A stretch of DNA of 31,322 nt from Acidobacteriota bacterium (GTDB taxonomy: Bacteria; Acidobacteriota; Thermoanaerobaculia; Multivoradales; UBA5704). Of the stretch, positions 17,217-24,762 are shown in pieces (the stretch's first letter is position 1; each line of letters starts with the position of its first letter). Where the stretch lies: NCBI GenBank assembly GCA_040005235.1, contig JBDTZG010000059.1, positions 1 to 31,322 of the forward strand, in the 5' to 3' direction. Below the pieces are notes generated by a model, which worked only from the letters and a program-made list of their open reading frames with translations, was not told the DNA's origin and made no database searches. The position numbers and the translations under genes were made by a program.

Positions 17217-18754
17217 CCTCGCGAAGGACGGGGATCGGGTCGGGCGGCCCGCAGACCGTGGCGAGCCTGGAAGGCTCCGCTGCCGGGGTGCTGCTCGGCT
17301 CCGGCATCACCATCGCGAGCGCGCTCGGCGTGCGGGTGGCGATGGTGCGCTTCCTCACGCCGGACGATCTCGGCGCCGTGCTGTTGGCGATCGCGGTCAC
17401 CTCGGTCGGCGGCATGGTGGCGACCTCTGGTCTGCGCTCGGCCTCCGCCCGGCGGATCGCGGACCGGCTGGCGCTCGGGGCGCGGCCGGAGGCCCAATCC
17501 GCCGCGCGCACGGCGATCGGGCTCAGCCTGGCGACCGGCCTGGTGGCCGCCCTGTTGATTCCCTTCCTGCCGCTCTTGGGCCTCGGACGGCTCGCGGATC
17601 TGCCGCTCGCGGTGCTCGCCGGGACCGCGCCGGCCGCCCTGGGATTGAGCGTCGGCGTCGCGATGTGGGGGATTTCCCAAGGTCATGGCGACACCCGAGG
17701 CAGAGCGCTGTTTCGCGACGCGGGGGGCAGCGCGCTGCGCCTCGCGGGAGTCGTGGCCGCCGGGCTTCTCTCCGGCGGGCCGGCCTGCTTCGCGCTCGGC
17801 TGGGGGATGGGCTCGCTGATCGGCGAGCTGGCCTTCGTCGGTTACGGCGCCCGCCGTGGCTGGCTCTCCCGCTCCGCTCCTGCCTCGGCACGGGTCGACC
17901 GCGGCCTCATCCGCTCACTGCCGCCGTTTATCGGCATGACCGTGATCAACCAGGCCGCCACCTGGCTCGACATCGTGCTGCTCGGCGCGCTCGCGCCGCT
18001 CGCCGCAGTGGGGATCTACGGCGCCGCGCAGGGCTTGAGCCGCGTCCTCGGCCAGGTGAGCGACAGCGCCTCCCATCGCTTTCTGCCGCTCGCCTCGGCC
18101 GCCGTCGCGGCGGGGGACGAAGTGACGCTCGCCTCCGGCTATCGGCGCTCCCGGCAGCTCGCCTTCGCCTATCTCTGGCCGGCTCTCGCTCCTTGTCTGC
18201 TCTGCCCGCAGGCGCTGGTCCGCGTCGCGTTCGGCGCTCACTACGAAGTGGCCGGCTCGGCGCTGCGATGGCTGGCCGCCGGCTGGCTCGCCCGCTCTCT
18301 CGCCGGCTATACCGAAGAAGCTCTGGTGGCGCGCGGGAGGGCGGCGCAGGTGTTCGCGATCACGCTCGGCAGCACGCTGCTGATCGCCGCCCTGTTCTTC
18401 ACCTGGGTGCCGGTCTGGGGAGCCCTCGGCGCCGCGATGGCCGTGGCGGCGGGCCAAGCGCTGCGCGGCGCGGTGGGGGTCGCCCTGTTCGACCCGCCGC
18501 TGCGCCGCGCCGCCCTGATGCCGGTCGATTTCCTCCGCTTTTTCGGCGCCGCGGCGCCCGCGCTCGCGGTGGCGCTCGGGTTTGCGGCTTGGCCGGGCGC
18601 CTCGCCTGCCTGGCTGGTGCTCGGCGGGGTGGTGCTCGCGGCGCTCGCCGCCGCTTCCAGGCTGGCGGCGAGAGCACTTCGCTCCTTCTTCGCCGGCGCT
18701 CGCCGCGAGCGAGCCGGGCGGCCCGAAGACCGCCCGGGAAGCAGTGCCGAGTAA
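17213..18754 (+). CDS. MOP-superfamily exporter (Wzx-like oligosaccharide flippase / MATE-like)
   Basis: About 12-14 hydrophobic segments; RFLTPDDLG and LDIVLLGAL...VGIYGAA, VPVWGALGAAMA motifs. Start is TTG 17213 (TTGA overlap with the Rid stop) or GTG 17258. Confidence 0.85.
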   Translation: MTSRRTGIGSGGPQTVASLEGSAAGVLLGSGITIASALGVRVAMVRFLTPDDLGAVLLAIAVTSVGGMVATSGLRSASARRIADRLALGARPEAQSAARTAIGLSLATGLVAALLIPFLPLLGLGRLADLPLAVLAGTAPAALGLSVGVAMWGISQGHGDTRGRALFRDAGGSALRLAGVVAAGLLSGGPACFALGWGMGSLIGELAFVGYGARRGWLSRSAPASARVDRGLIRSLPPFIGMTVINQAATWLDIVLLGALAPLAAVGIYGAAQGLSRVLGQVSDSASHRFLPLASAAVAAGDEVTLASGYRRSRQLAFAYLWPALAPCLLCPQALVRVAFGAHYEVAGSALRWLAAGWLARSLAGYTEEALVARGRAAQVFAITLGSTLLIAALFFTWVPVWGALGAAMAVAAGQALRGAVGVALFDPPLRRAALMPVDFLRFFGAAAPALAVALGFAAWPGASPAWLVLGGVVLAALAAASRLAARALRSFFAGARRERAGRPEDRPGSSAE

Positions 18755-18767
18755 ACCGGCGGCGAGG

Positions 18768-18962
18768 CTAGAACGTGCAGGCGGCCGGCACGCAAGCCGT
18801 GGGCGAAGCCGTGCACTGCGGCAGGCAGGACCCGAAGATCGAGCAGCGGACGCAAACCGATACCTGCTGCGTCGGGAAGGGGCCGGCGGCTCCGCCGTTT
18901 ACGCCTTCGATCACTTCGAGGTGGCGTAGGGTGTCGCGGTGTAACTTCAACTTCCGTTTCAT
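18768..18962 (-). CDS. Putative RiPP precursor peptide: KLKLHRDTLRHL leader, double-Gly site, Cys/Ser/Thr-rich core
   Basis: MKRKLKLHRDTLRHLEVIEGVNGG / AAGPFPTQQVSVCVRCSIFGSCLPQCTASPTACVPAACTF. The leader is 24 aa; the 40-aa core has 6 Cys and 8 Ser/Thr. GGAG RBS upstream; it fills a gap not covered by any other credible gene. Confidence 0.82.
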   Translation of the reverse strand: MKRKLKLHRDTLRHLEVIEGVNGGAAGPFPTQQVSVCVRCSIFGSCLPQCTASPTACVPAACTF

Positions 18963-19037
18963 GATCGTTTTCTCCGAGATGAGCGCCGGGGGAGCCCCGG
19001 TCTCTGGAAAGAGAGACGATCGCGAATCCGGAAGGTA

Positions 19038-21713
19038 TTAGACCGGATCTCGATGGCCCGCGACCAAGGCCCCCCTCAGCAACGCCGCCAGATTCGCCAC
19101 GTGGGGCGGGTTGAGCATTTGAATGTGGTCCCCGGGCACGTCGATGATTTCGAGCGCCCCGCCCAGGCGGCGCGCCCAGCCGTTGTCGCGGGGAACCAGC
19201 CGGCACCAGAGCCGGGCGGTGCCGGCACCCAAAGCCGCGCGCAGCAGCACGACACGGGTGCCCGGCAGGAAGGCGGGCGGACCGAAGCGGAAGCGGCTCC
19301 GTGCCGCCATCGAAACCCGGCGCACCTCGTGGATTTGATGTTCGACCAGGGTGTTTCCGATCCGGCGCCGGGCGGCGCGCTGGATCAGGTGGGCGAGCGC
19401 TCGCACGGCGGTCGGCAGCCGACGGCCGCTGCTCCGCCAGATCCGCTGCGCGGCGAGCGCCAGCAGCTCGACGTCACGGACCGCGCGCGCGGCGATCGAC
19501 ACCGCGTCCGGCGTGTGCGAATCGCACATCGCGAGCAGCGCCACCGGCTCGCCGCGGGCGGCCAGGCTCCGCGCCATCTCGTAGGCGACCAGGCCGCCGT
19601 ACGAATGTCCCAGTAGAAAGTAAGGACCGCGCGGCTGCACGGCGCGCATCCGCCCGATCAGCGCCTCGGCGAGATCTTCGACGGTCGCAAGCGGTGCCCG
19701 GCTGCCGTCGAGTCCGGGAAACTGGAGAACCCGCAACGGCAGGACTTCGCGCAGCTCGGCCGCCAGCGGCCGATAGACGAAAGCATAGCCATCGACCGCC
19801 GGGATGCAGAACAGCAGCGGCCGCTCGGCCGTGCCCTGGTGGCCCAACGACAGAACGGGCAGAAGGGCATCGCGTCGCACTCCCTCGCGCAGATGTTCCG
19901 CGAGGGCGCTCACGGTCTGGGCCGAAAACAAAAGGGAAAGCGGCAGCGCCGTCCCGAAGCGCCGCTCGATCGCGGTAAACAGGGAAACCGCCGCGCGCGA
20001 GTTGCCGCCGAGGTCGAAGAAGCTCTCGTCGATCCCCACCGTTTCTTGGCCGAGCACCTCGCACCAGAGTGCCGCAAGACGCGTCTCCACCGGATCGCGC
20101 GGGTAGGCGAAGGTCCGCTCGGCGATCAGCTCGCGGCCGGCAAGCGTCGCGAGCGAGCGTCGGTCGAGCTTGCCGTTGGCGGTCATCGGCAGCCGTTCGA
20201 CCACCCGAAAGCGCGTCGGCACCATCGGCTGGGGCAACCGTTCGGCGAGCGCGCGCCGCAGATCGGCGCGGGAGAGCGGGAGGCCTCCCGCGGTGACCAG
20301 GTAGGCGATCAACTGCGGTTCTGCGCTCTCGCCGGAGGCGTTTTGCGCGGCGTCGTCGATCACCGCGACCGCGGCGTCGGCCACCCCCGGCAGATCGGCG
20401 AGCGCCCGCTCGACCTCCGCGAGGTCGATGCGCAGGCCGCGGATCTTGATTCGGGCGCCCACGCGGCCCAAATGCTCGAACGTGCCGTCTGCGGCGCGGC
20501 GCGCGAGGTCGCCGGTGCGGAAGCTCGGTCGGCCTCCGGCCGCTCCCTCGGTGCTCTTCGGATCGCGCCAATAGCCTTGGGCCACCTCCGTGCCGGAGAC
20601 CTCGACCTCCCCCACCTCGCCGGGCGCCACGGGAGCCCCCGCGGCGTCGAGCAGCTGGATCTCCACGCCTGCCGCCGGCCGGCCGAGCGGCACGAGGGAA
20701 GGTAGCGGCTCGTCGTGGCCGTACGAGCAGATCGTCACCGTGCCGGTCTCGGTCGTGCCGAGCCCGAAGACCAGCCGCGCGCCGGGCCGGAAGACGCGCC
20801 GGAACTGCTCGATCTCGCGCCGGCCGACCGCCTCTCCGCCGAGCCGGACGCGGCGGATCGAATCGAACGCCTGTCCCGTCGGCAGCGTCGCGGCAAGCTG
20901 GCGGAATAGCGTCACCCCCGAGCTATAGACCGTGATCCGCCGTTCGGCGAGCCAGGCGCCGAGGGAGTCGATTCCCTCGGTGGTGACGAGGTAGGGGAGC
21001 AGCTCCGCGCCGGAGAGGAGCGCGCTCGCCAAATCGCGCAACGCCGGGTTGACGCTCGGTGGATAGAGGAGGGTGCAGCGGTCGGTCGGCTCGATTCCGA
21101 GCGCCTCGCGATTGAGCGCGGCGTTGCGCAGCACCGCGCCGTGGGTCTGGACCACCCCCTTCGGCCGGCCGGTCGAGCCCGAGGTGTAGGTGAGCGCGGC
21201 GATCGTCGCGCGATCGACCGAAGCCGGAGGCAGCAGCGGCCCGTCGCTCGCCGCTTCGAGCCACCCCGCGGGATCGAGGTCGAGGCGGATCGGCGGCGCC
21301 GGATGGCCTTGCCCCCATTCGCGGCCCGGCGCCGCGATCGCCACGTGCGCCTCCGAGTCCTCGACGATCCGGGCGTTGCGCTCCGCGGGAGCGACCGGAT
21401 CGAGCGCGACGAAGAAACGCCCGGCGCGCCAAGCCCCGAGCATCGCGGCGGTGAGCCGCAAGCCCGGCTCGGCGATCAGCAGCACCGGCCGATCGGCCGG
21501 TGCCCCGGCCTCGATCAAGCGCCGCGCGACCCCCGCCGCCAGCCGGTCCAGCTCGGCGTACGTGGCGCTGCCGTCGGCGGCACACACCGCAGGCCGGTCC
21601 GGCCACCGCGCCGCCGCCGCGGAGAACGCCACGGCCAACCCTCCGGCTTCTTCGTCTCTCGGGTCCTTGGAGTCGTTGCCGTCTTTTGGATCCAACGCCC
21701 GCGCGATGCTCAT
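19038..21713 (-). CDS. Stand-alone NRPS-like enzyme, adenylation-PCP-thioesterase (A-T-TE), no condensation domain
   Basis: A domain: TYAELD, YTSGSTGRPKG, GLGTTETG, GEVEVSG...GYW, FRTGDL, GRVGARIKIRGLRIDLAEVE, NGKLDR. PCP: FFDLGGNS. TE: GHSYGG and PGDH. Confidence 0.93.
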   Translation of the reverse strand: MSIARALDPKDGNDSKDPRDEEAGGLAVAFSAAAARWPDRPAVCAADGSATYAELDRLAAGVARRLIEAGAPADRPVLLIAEPGLRLTAAMLGAWRAGRFFVALDPVAPAERNARIVEDSEAHVAIAAPGREWGQGHPAPPIRLDLDPAGWLEAASDGPLLPPASVDRATIAALTYTSGSTGRPKGVVQTHGAVLRNAALNREALGIEPTDRCTLLYPPSVNPALRDLASALLSGAELLPYLVTTEGIDSLGAWLAERRITVYSSGVTLFRQLAATLPTGQAFDSIRRVRLGGEAVGRREIEQFRRVFRPGARLVFGLGTTETGTVTICSYGHDEPLPSLVPLGRPAAGVEIQLLDAAGAPVAPGEVGEVEVSGTEVAQGYWRDPKSTEGAAGGRPSFRTGDLARRAADGTFEHLGRVGARIKIRGLRIDLAEVERALADLPGVADAAVAVIDDAAQNASGESAEPQLIAYLVTAGGLPLSRADLRRALAERLPQPMVPTRFRVVERLPMTANGKLDRRSLATLAGRELIAERTFAYPRDPVETRLAALWCEVLGQETVGIDESFFDLGGNSRAAVSLFTAIERRFGTALPLSLLFSAQTVSALAEHLREGVRRDALLPVLSLGHQGTAERPLLFCIPAVDGYAFVYRPLAAELREVLPLRVLQFPGLDGSRAPLATVEDLAEALIGRMRAVQPRGPYFLLGHSYGGLVAYEMARSLAARGEPVALLAMCDSHTPDAVSIAARAVRDVELLALAAQRIWRSSGRRLPTAVRALAHLIQRAARRRIGNTLVEHQIHEVRRVSMAARSRFRFGPPAFLPGTRVVLLRAALGAGTARLWCRLVPRDNGWARRLGGALEIIDVPGDHIQMLNPPHVANLAALLRGALVAGHRDPV

Positions 21714-21717
21714 CGGT

Positions 21718-22743
21718 TCACCCGGTCGTCCCGGTGCGCGCGGCCCCGTCGCCCCTCACCCGTCGCCAGATCTCCCGCGCCGGCAGCCGGACCGCCGCCC
21801 GAGCGATGCTGCCCGCCCCGAACCGCCGCCCGCCACCGTTCGCCGCCGCGAAGCGCGGATCGTCGCCCAAGTGCAGGGCGTGTAGCGCGTTCTTGTACAG
21901 AATCCGATCGAGCACCGCCGGCCGCCACCCTTGAAGCAAGAAGCGATCGACCGTCCGAGGCAGGCTGCCGCAGAGCGGAAACGCGCTGCCGAACAGGAAT
22001 TGGTCCGCGATCTGGCCCCGGTTGACCGCGTAGACCCATTCCCGGCCGCTAGGGGTGAACAGGTACAGGTCGGGGGAGGGGAAGACGTTGGCCCGCCGCA
22101 CCGTAACCGCAATCATTTCGCGCACGAAAGGGTACGCGCCGTGGCCGCAGATCAGATGCAGGCCGGGGAAGTCGTGCGCTACCCGATCGATCCATCGAGG
22201 GTGCGCATGATCGGGGCTCTCGCCGCCCCAGATCCCGGAGGTCTGAAGGAACAGGGCTACTCCCAGTTCCTGCGCCTTCTCGTAGAACGGATAGAGGCGC
22301 CGGTCGGCCACATGCTCGGAAAGCATCGGCGCGCGCCCCGGCTCGATCGCGATCCGCTTCAATCCGAGGGCGGTCACCACCCGCTCCAGCTCCGCCAGCG
22401 GATCGTGGCGCGCGCCGGAGACGTCGATCCCCGCGGCGCCCAGGAAACGGCCGGGGTACCGCGCTTCGAGGGCGGCCAGATCGTCGTTGTTCGTCCGCCG
22501 TGGCGGCAGCTCCCGCGCCCCGAGCTTCAGCCCGTCGTTGTTGCCCGAGACCGACACCGCCGTTCGAACCCCCGCCCGGTCCAGCTCGGCGAAGAATCCC
22601 TCGGGCGACAGGCCGGTCCAAGAGGCGAAGCGGTGACCGTCCGGACGCCCGGCAAGATAGGCGCCGTCGGAGGCGGAGGGCAGGCGGCAGCGGACGTCGA
22701 GGATCACGCGAGGGTTTGTCTCCGGAAGAGGGTAGGGGCTCAT
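21718..22743 (-). CDS. Amidohydrolase_2-like TIM-barrel protein with atypical active-site residues
   Basis: ATG 22743. ELDRAGV, NDDLAAL...YPGRFLG, LYPFYEKAQELGVAL, VAHDFPGLHLICGHGAYP, FLFGSAFP, ILYKNA. It ends 4 nt before the NRPS-like start. Confidence 0.88.
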   Translation of the reverse strand: MSPYPLPETNPRVILDVRCRLPSASDGAYLAGRPDGHRFASWTGLSPEGFFAELDRAGVRTAVSVSGNNDGLKLGARELPPRRTNNDDLAALEARYPGRFLGAAGIDVSGARHDPLAELERVVTALGLKRIAIEPGRAPMLSEHVADRRLYPFYEKAQELGVALFLQTSGIWGGESPDHAHPRWIDRVAHDFPGLHLICGHGAYPFVREMIAVTVRRANVFPSPDLYLFTPSGREWVYAVNRGQIADQFLFGSAFPLCGSLPRTVDRFLLQGWRPAVLDRILYKNALHALHLGDDPRFAAANGGGRRFGAGSIARAAVRLPAREIWRRVRGDGAARTGTTG

Positions 22744-22880
22744 TTCGTCCCGCAGCGACTGGCTGCTGCCGAAGGTGCCCGAAGGAGCGAGGAGACCAAA
22801 TGAACCCCTACCCGAAACAGAGGGCGAGCAAGACGCTGATTGTATCGCGGCCGTGTGGCGCCGAAGCCTTCGAGACCCTG

Positions 22881-22932
22881 TGCTAGCATCCCGCCTCGCC
22901 GCATTCGTCACAGATTCGTCACCCCACGTCAT
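22881..22932 (+). promoter_or_regulatory. Extended -10-like element followed by a Pho-box-like 11-bp-period direct repeat
   Basis: TGCTAGCAT at 22881-22889; ATTCGTCAC at 22903 and 22914 (11-bp period); a third CGTCAT at 22927; directly upstream of DUF47-PiT. Confidence 0.55.
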
Positions 22933-22964
22933 CGTGAACTGGAGCCTTGGAGCGGAGGGCGCCT

Positions 22965-23618
22965 ATGAGTAAGGCCGATGCGATCATCAAGTGGTTCATG
23001 CCCAAAGAGGAGCGCTTTCACGAGCTTCTCGGGCGTGGTGCGGTCAACCTGGGGGAGGCCGCCAGGGTCTTCGCCGCGCTCGCCCACTCCGAGGACTTCG
23101 CGGTCCGCAAGAGCCACACGCAGCGGCTGCGCGAGTTAGAGAAGACGGGCGACGGCATCACCCGCGAAATCTTCGACGCGCTCAACTCCACGTTCATCAC
23201 CCCGTTCGACCGCGAGGACATCCGCTCGATCGCGATCGACATGGATGACATCCTCGATTTCCTCGAAGCGGGGGCGAACTCGCTGGTTCTCTTCGAGCTG
23301 TCCGAGGCTCCCGAACCGCTGCGCCAGTTCGCCGACATCCTGGTCGACATGGTGACCGAGGTCGCCAAGATCACCGACCTGGTCTGGGACGCCAAGAACC
23401 AGGCGCGCATCCACGAAGCGATCGTCCGCGTCTCGGACCTTGAAAACCGCGCCGACGACCTGTTCAACCGGGTGATCGCCGAGCTGTTCCGCGGCGACAG
23501 CTCGCGGGCGATCGAAATCCTCAAGTGGAAAGAGGTCTACCAGGTGCTCGAAGACGGTTGCGACGCCTGCAAGGACTACACGCACATCATCGGCAACGTT
23601 CTGGTCAAGAACGCCTGA
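22965..23618 (+). CDS. DUF47 family phosphate-transport regulator (PhoU-like Pit accessory protein)
   Basis: LEKTGDGITREIFDALNSTFITPFDREDI, LENRADD, ILKWKEVYQVLE...DACKD; GGAGG RBS before ATG 22965; upstream of PiT. Confidence 0.95.
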   Translation: MSKADAIIKWFMPKEERFHELLGRGAVNLGEAARVFAALAHSEDFAVRKSHTQRLRELEKTGDGITREIFDALNSTFITPFDREDIRSIAIDMDDILDFLEAGANSLVLFELSEAPEPLRQFADILVDMVTEVAKITDLVWDAKNQARIHEAIVRVSDLENRADDLFNRVIAELFRGDSSRAIEILKWKEVYQVLEDGCDACKDYTHIIGNVLVKNA

Positions 23619-23626
23619 GGCCGATT

Positions 23627-24625
23627 GTGGGCACTTCCGAGCTCGCACTCGCCGGCATCATCCTCGTCGCGCTGGCCTTCGATTTCCTGAACGGCTTCCA
23701 CGACGCGGCCAACTCGATCGCAACGGTCGTTTCGACCCGGGTTTTGACGCCGCAACAGGCGGTGGTCTGGGCGGCGGTCTTCAATTTCGTCGCCGCGTTC
23801 GTCCTGGGCACCCATGTCGCGAAGACGATCGGCAAGGGGATGATCAATCTCGACATCGTCTCGCCGGACGTAATCCTCGCCGGCCTGTTGGGCGCGATTT
23901 TCTGGAACCTGATCACCTGGTACTACGGCCTACCGGTCTCTTCCTCTCACGCGCTGATCGGCGGCTACGCGGGAGCGGCGGTGGCCAAAGCCGGCTTCGG
24001 CGCGCTGCTGCTCTCCGGCTGGACCAAGACGCTGCTGTTCATCGTGCTCGCCCCGATCATCGGCGCGGTGTTGGCGTTCATCCTCTCGATCGCCGTCACC
24101 TGGATCTTCCGGCGCTACGCCCCCTCGCGCCTAGACCGGGTGTTCCGTCGCCTCCAGCTCCTCTCCGCGGCAGCCTACAGCCTCGGCCACGGCGGCAACG
24201 ACGCGCAGAAGACGATGGGCATCATCACCGGCCTCCTGGTCGCCTCGGGCCAGCTCTCGAAGTTCGAAGTGCCGCTCTGGGTCATCCTGCTCTCCCACGC
24301 CGCGATCGCCTTCGGCACCCTCTTCGGCGGCTGGCGCATCGTCAAAACCATGGGCACCAAGATCACCAAGCTCCAACCCTTCGGAGGCTTCTGCGCCGAA
24401 ACCGCCGGAGCCATCACCCTCGTCGGAGCCACCCTCGCGGGCATCCCCGTCTCGACCACCCACACCATCACCGGAGCCATCATCGGAGTCGGCTCCACCC
24501 GCCGCCTCTCCGCCGTCAAATGGGGAGTCGCCGGCAGGATAGTCTGGGCCTGGGTCCTCACCATCCCGATCGCCGCGGCGGTGGCGGCGTTTGCGTACCA
24601 CGTGATTCGGACGTTTCAGGGGTAG
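23627..24625 (+). CDS. pit: Inorganic phosphate transporter, PiT family
   Basis: GFHDAANSIAT, GLPVSSSHALIGG, HGGNDAQKTMG and GIPVSTTH motifs; GTG 23627 after GAGG. Confidence 0.96.
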   Translation: MGTSELALAGIILVALAFDFLNGFHDAANSIATVVSTRVLTPQQAVVWAAVFNFVAAFVLGTHVAKTIGKGMINLDIVSPDVILAGLLGAIFWNLITWYYGLPVSSSHALIGGYAGAAVAKAGFGALLLSGWTKTLLFIVLAPIIGAVLAFILSIAVTWIFRRYAPSRLDRVFRRLQLLSAAAYSLGHGGNDAQKTMGIITGLLVASGQLSKFEVPLWVILLSHAAIAFGTLFGGWRIVKTMGTKITKLQPFGGFCAETAGAITLVGATLAGIPVSTTHTITGAIIGVGSTRRLSAVKWGVAGRIVWAWVLTIPIAAAVAAFAYHVIRTFQG

Positions 24626-24762
24626 GGGGTGGGGGCTCCGCGCCCCCTGAGGAACAAATTTTCGCCGATCATCGAGATTAGCCACCCGTTTTACGTCTTT
24701 TATCCAGGTGAATGGGCCTCACCCCTTGTCTCACTACCTTGGGGCCCGAAGGAGACACCTGG

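Noticed and set aside
18775-19041. 88-aa Cys-containing + strand ORF as the real small gene
   Set aside because: It is antisense to the precursor ORF, which has an RBS, a recognisable leader and a GG site; this ORF has none of these.
18768-22743. Calling the locus a standard lanthipeptide or standard NRPS cluster
   Set aside because: No dehydratase/cyclase and no condensation domain is present in the window, so neither label is supported.
22744-22932. N-terminal extension of the amidohydrolase
   Set aside because: It covers the divergent promoter region; the fold begins just after ATG 22743.
24630-24650. Intrinsic terminator after pit
   Set aside because: There is a short GGGGGC/GCCCCC stem but no adjacent U-tract, which is too weak to call.
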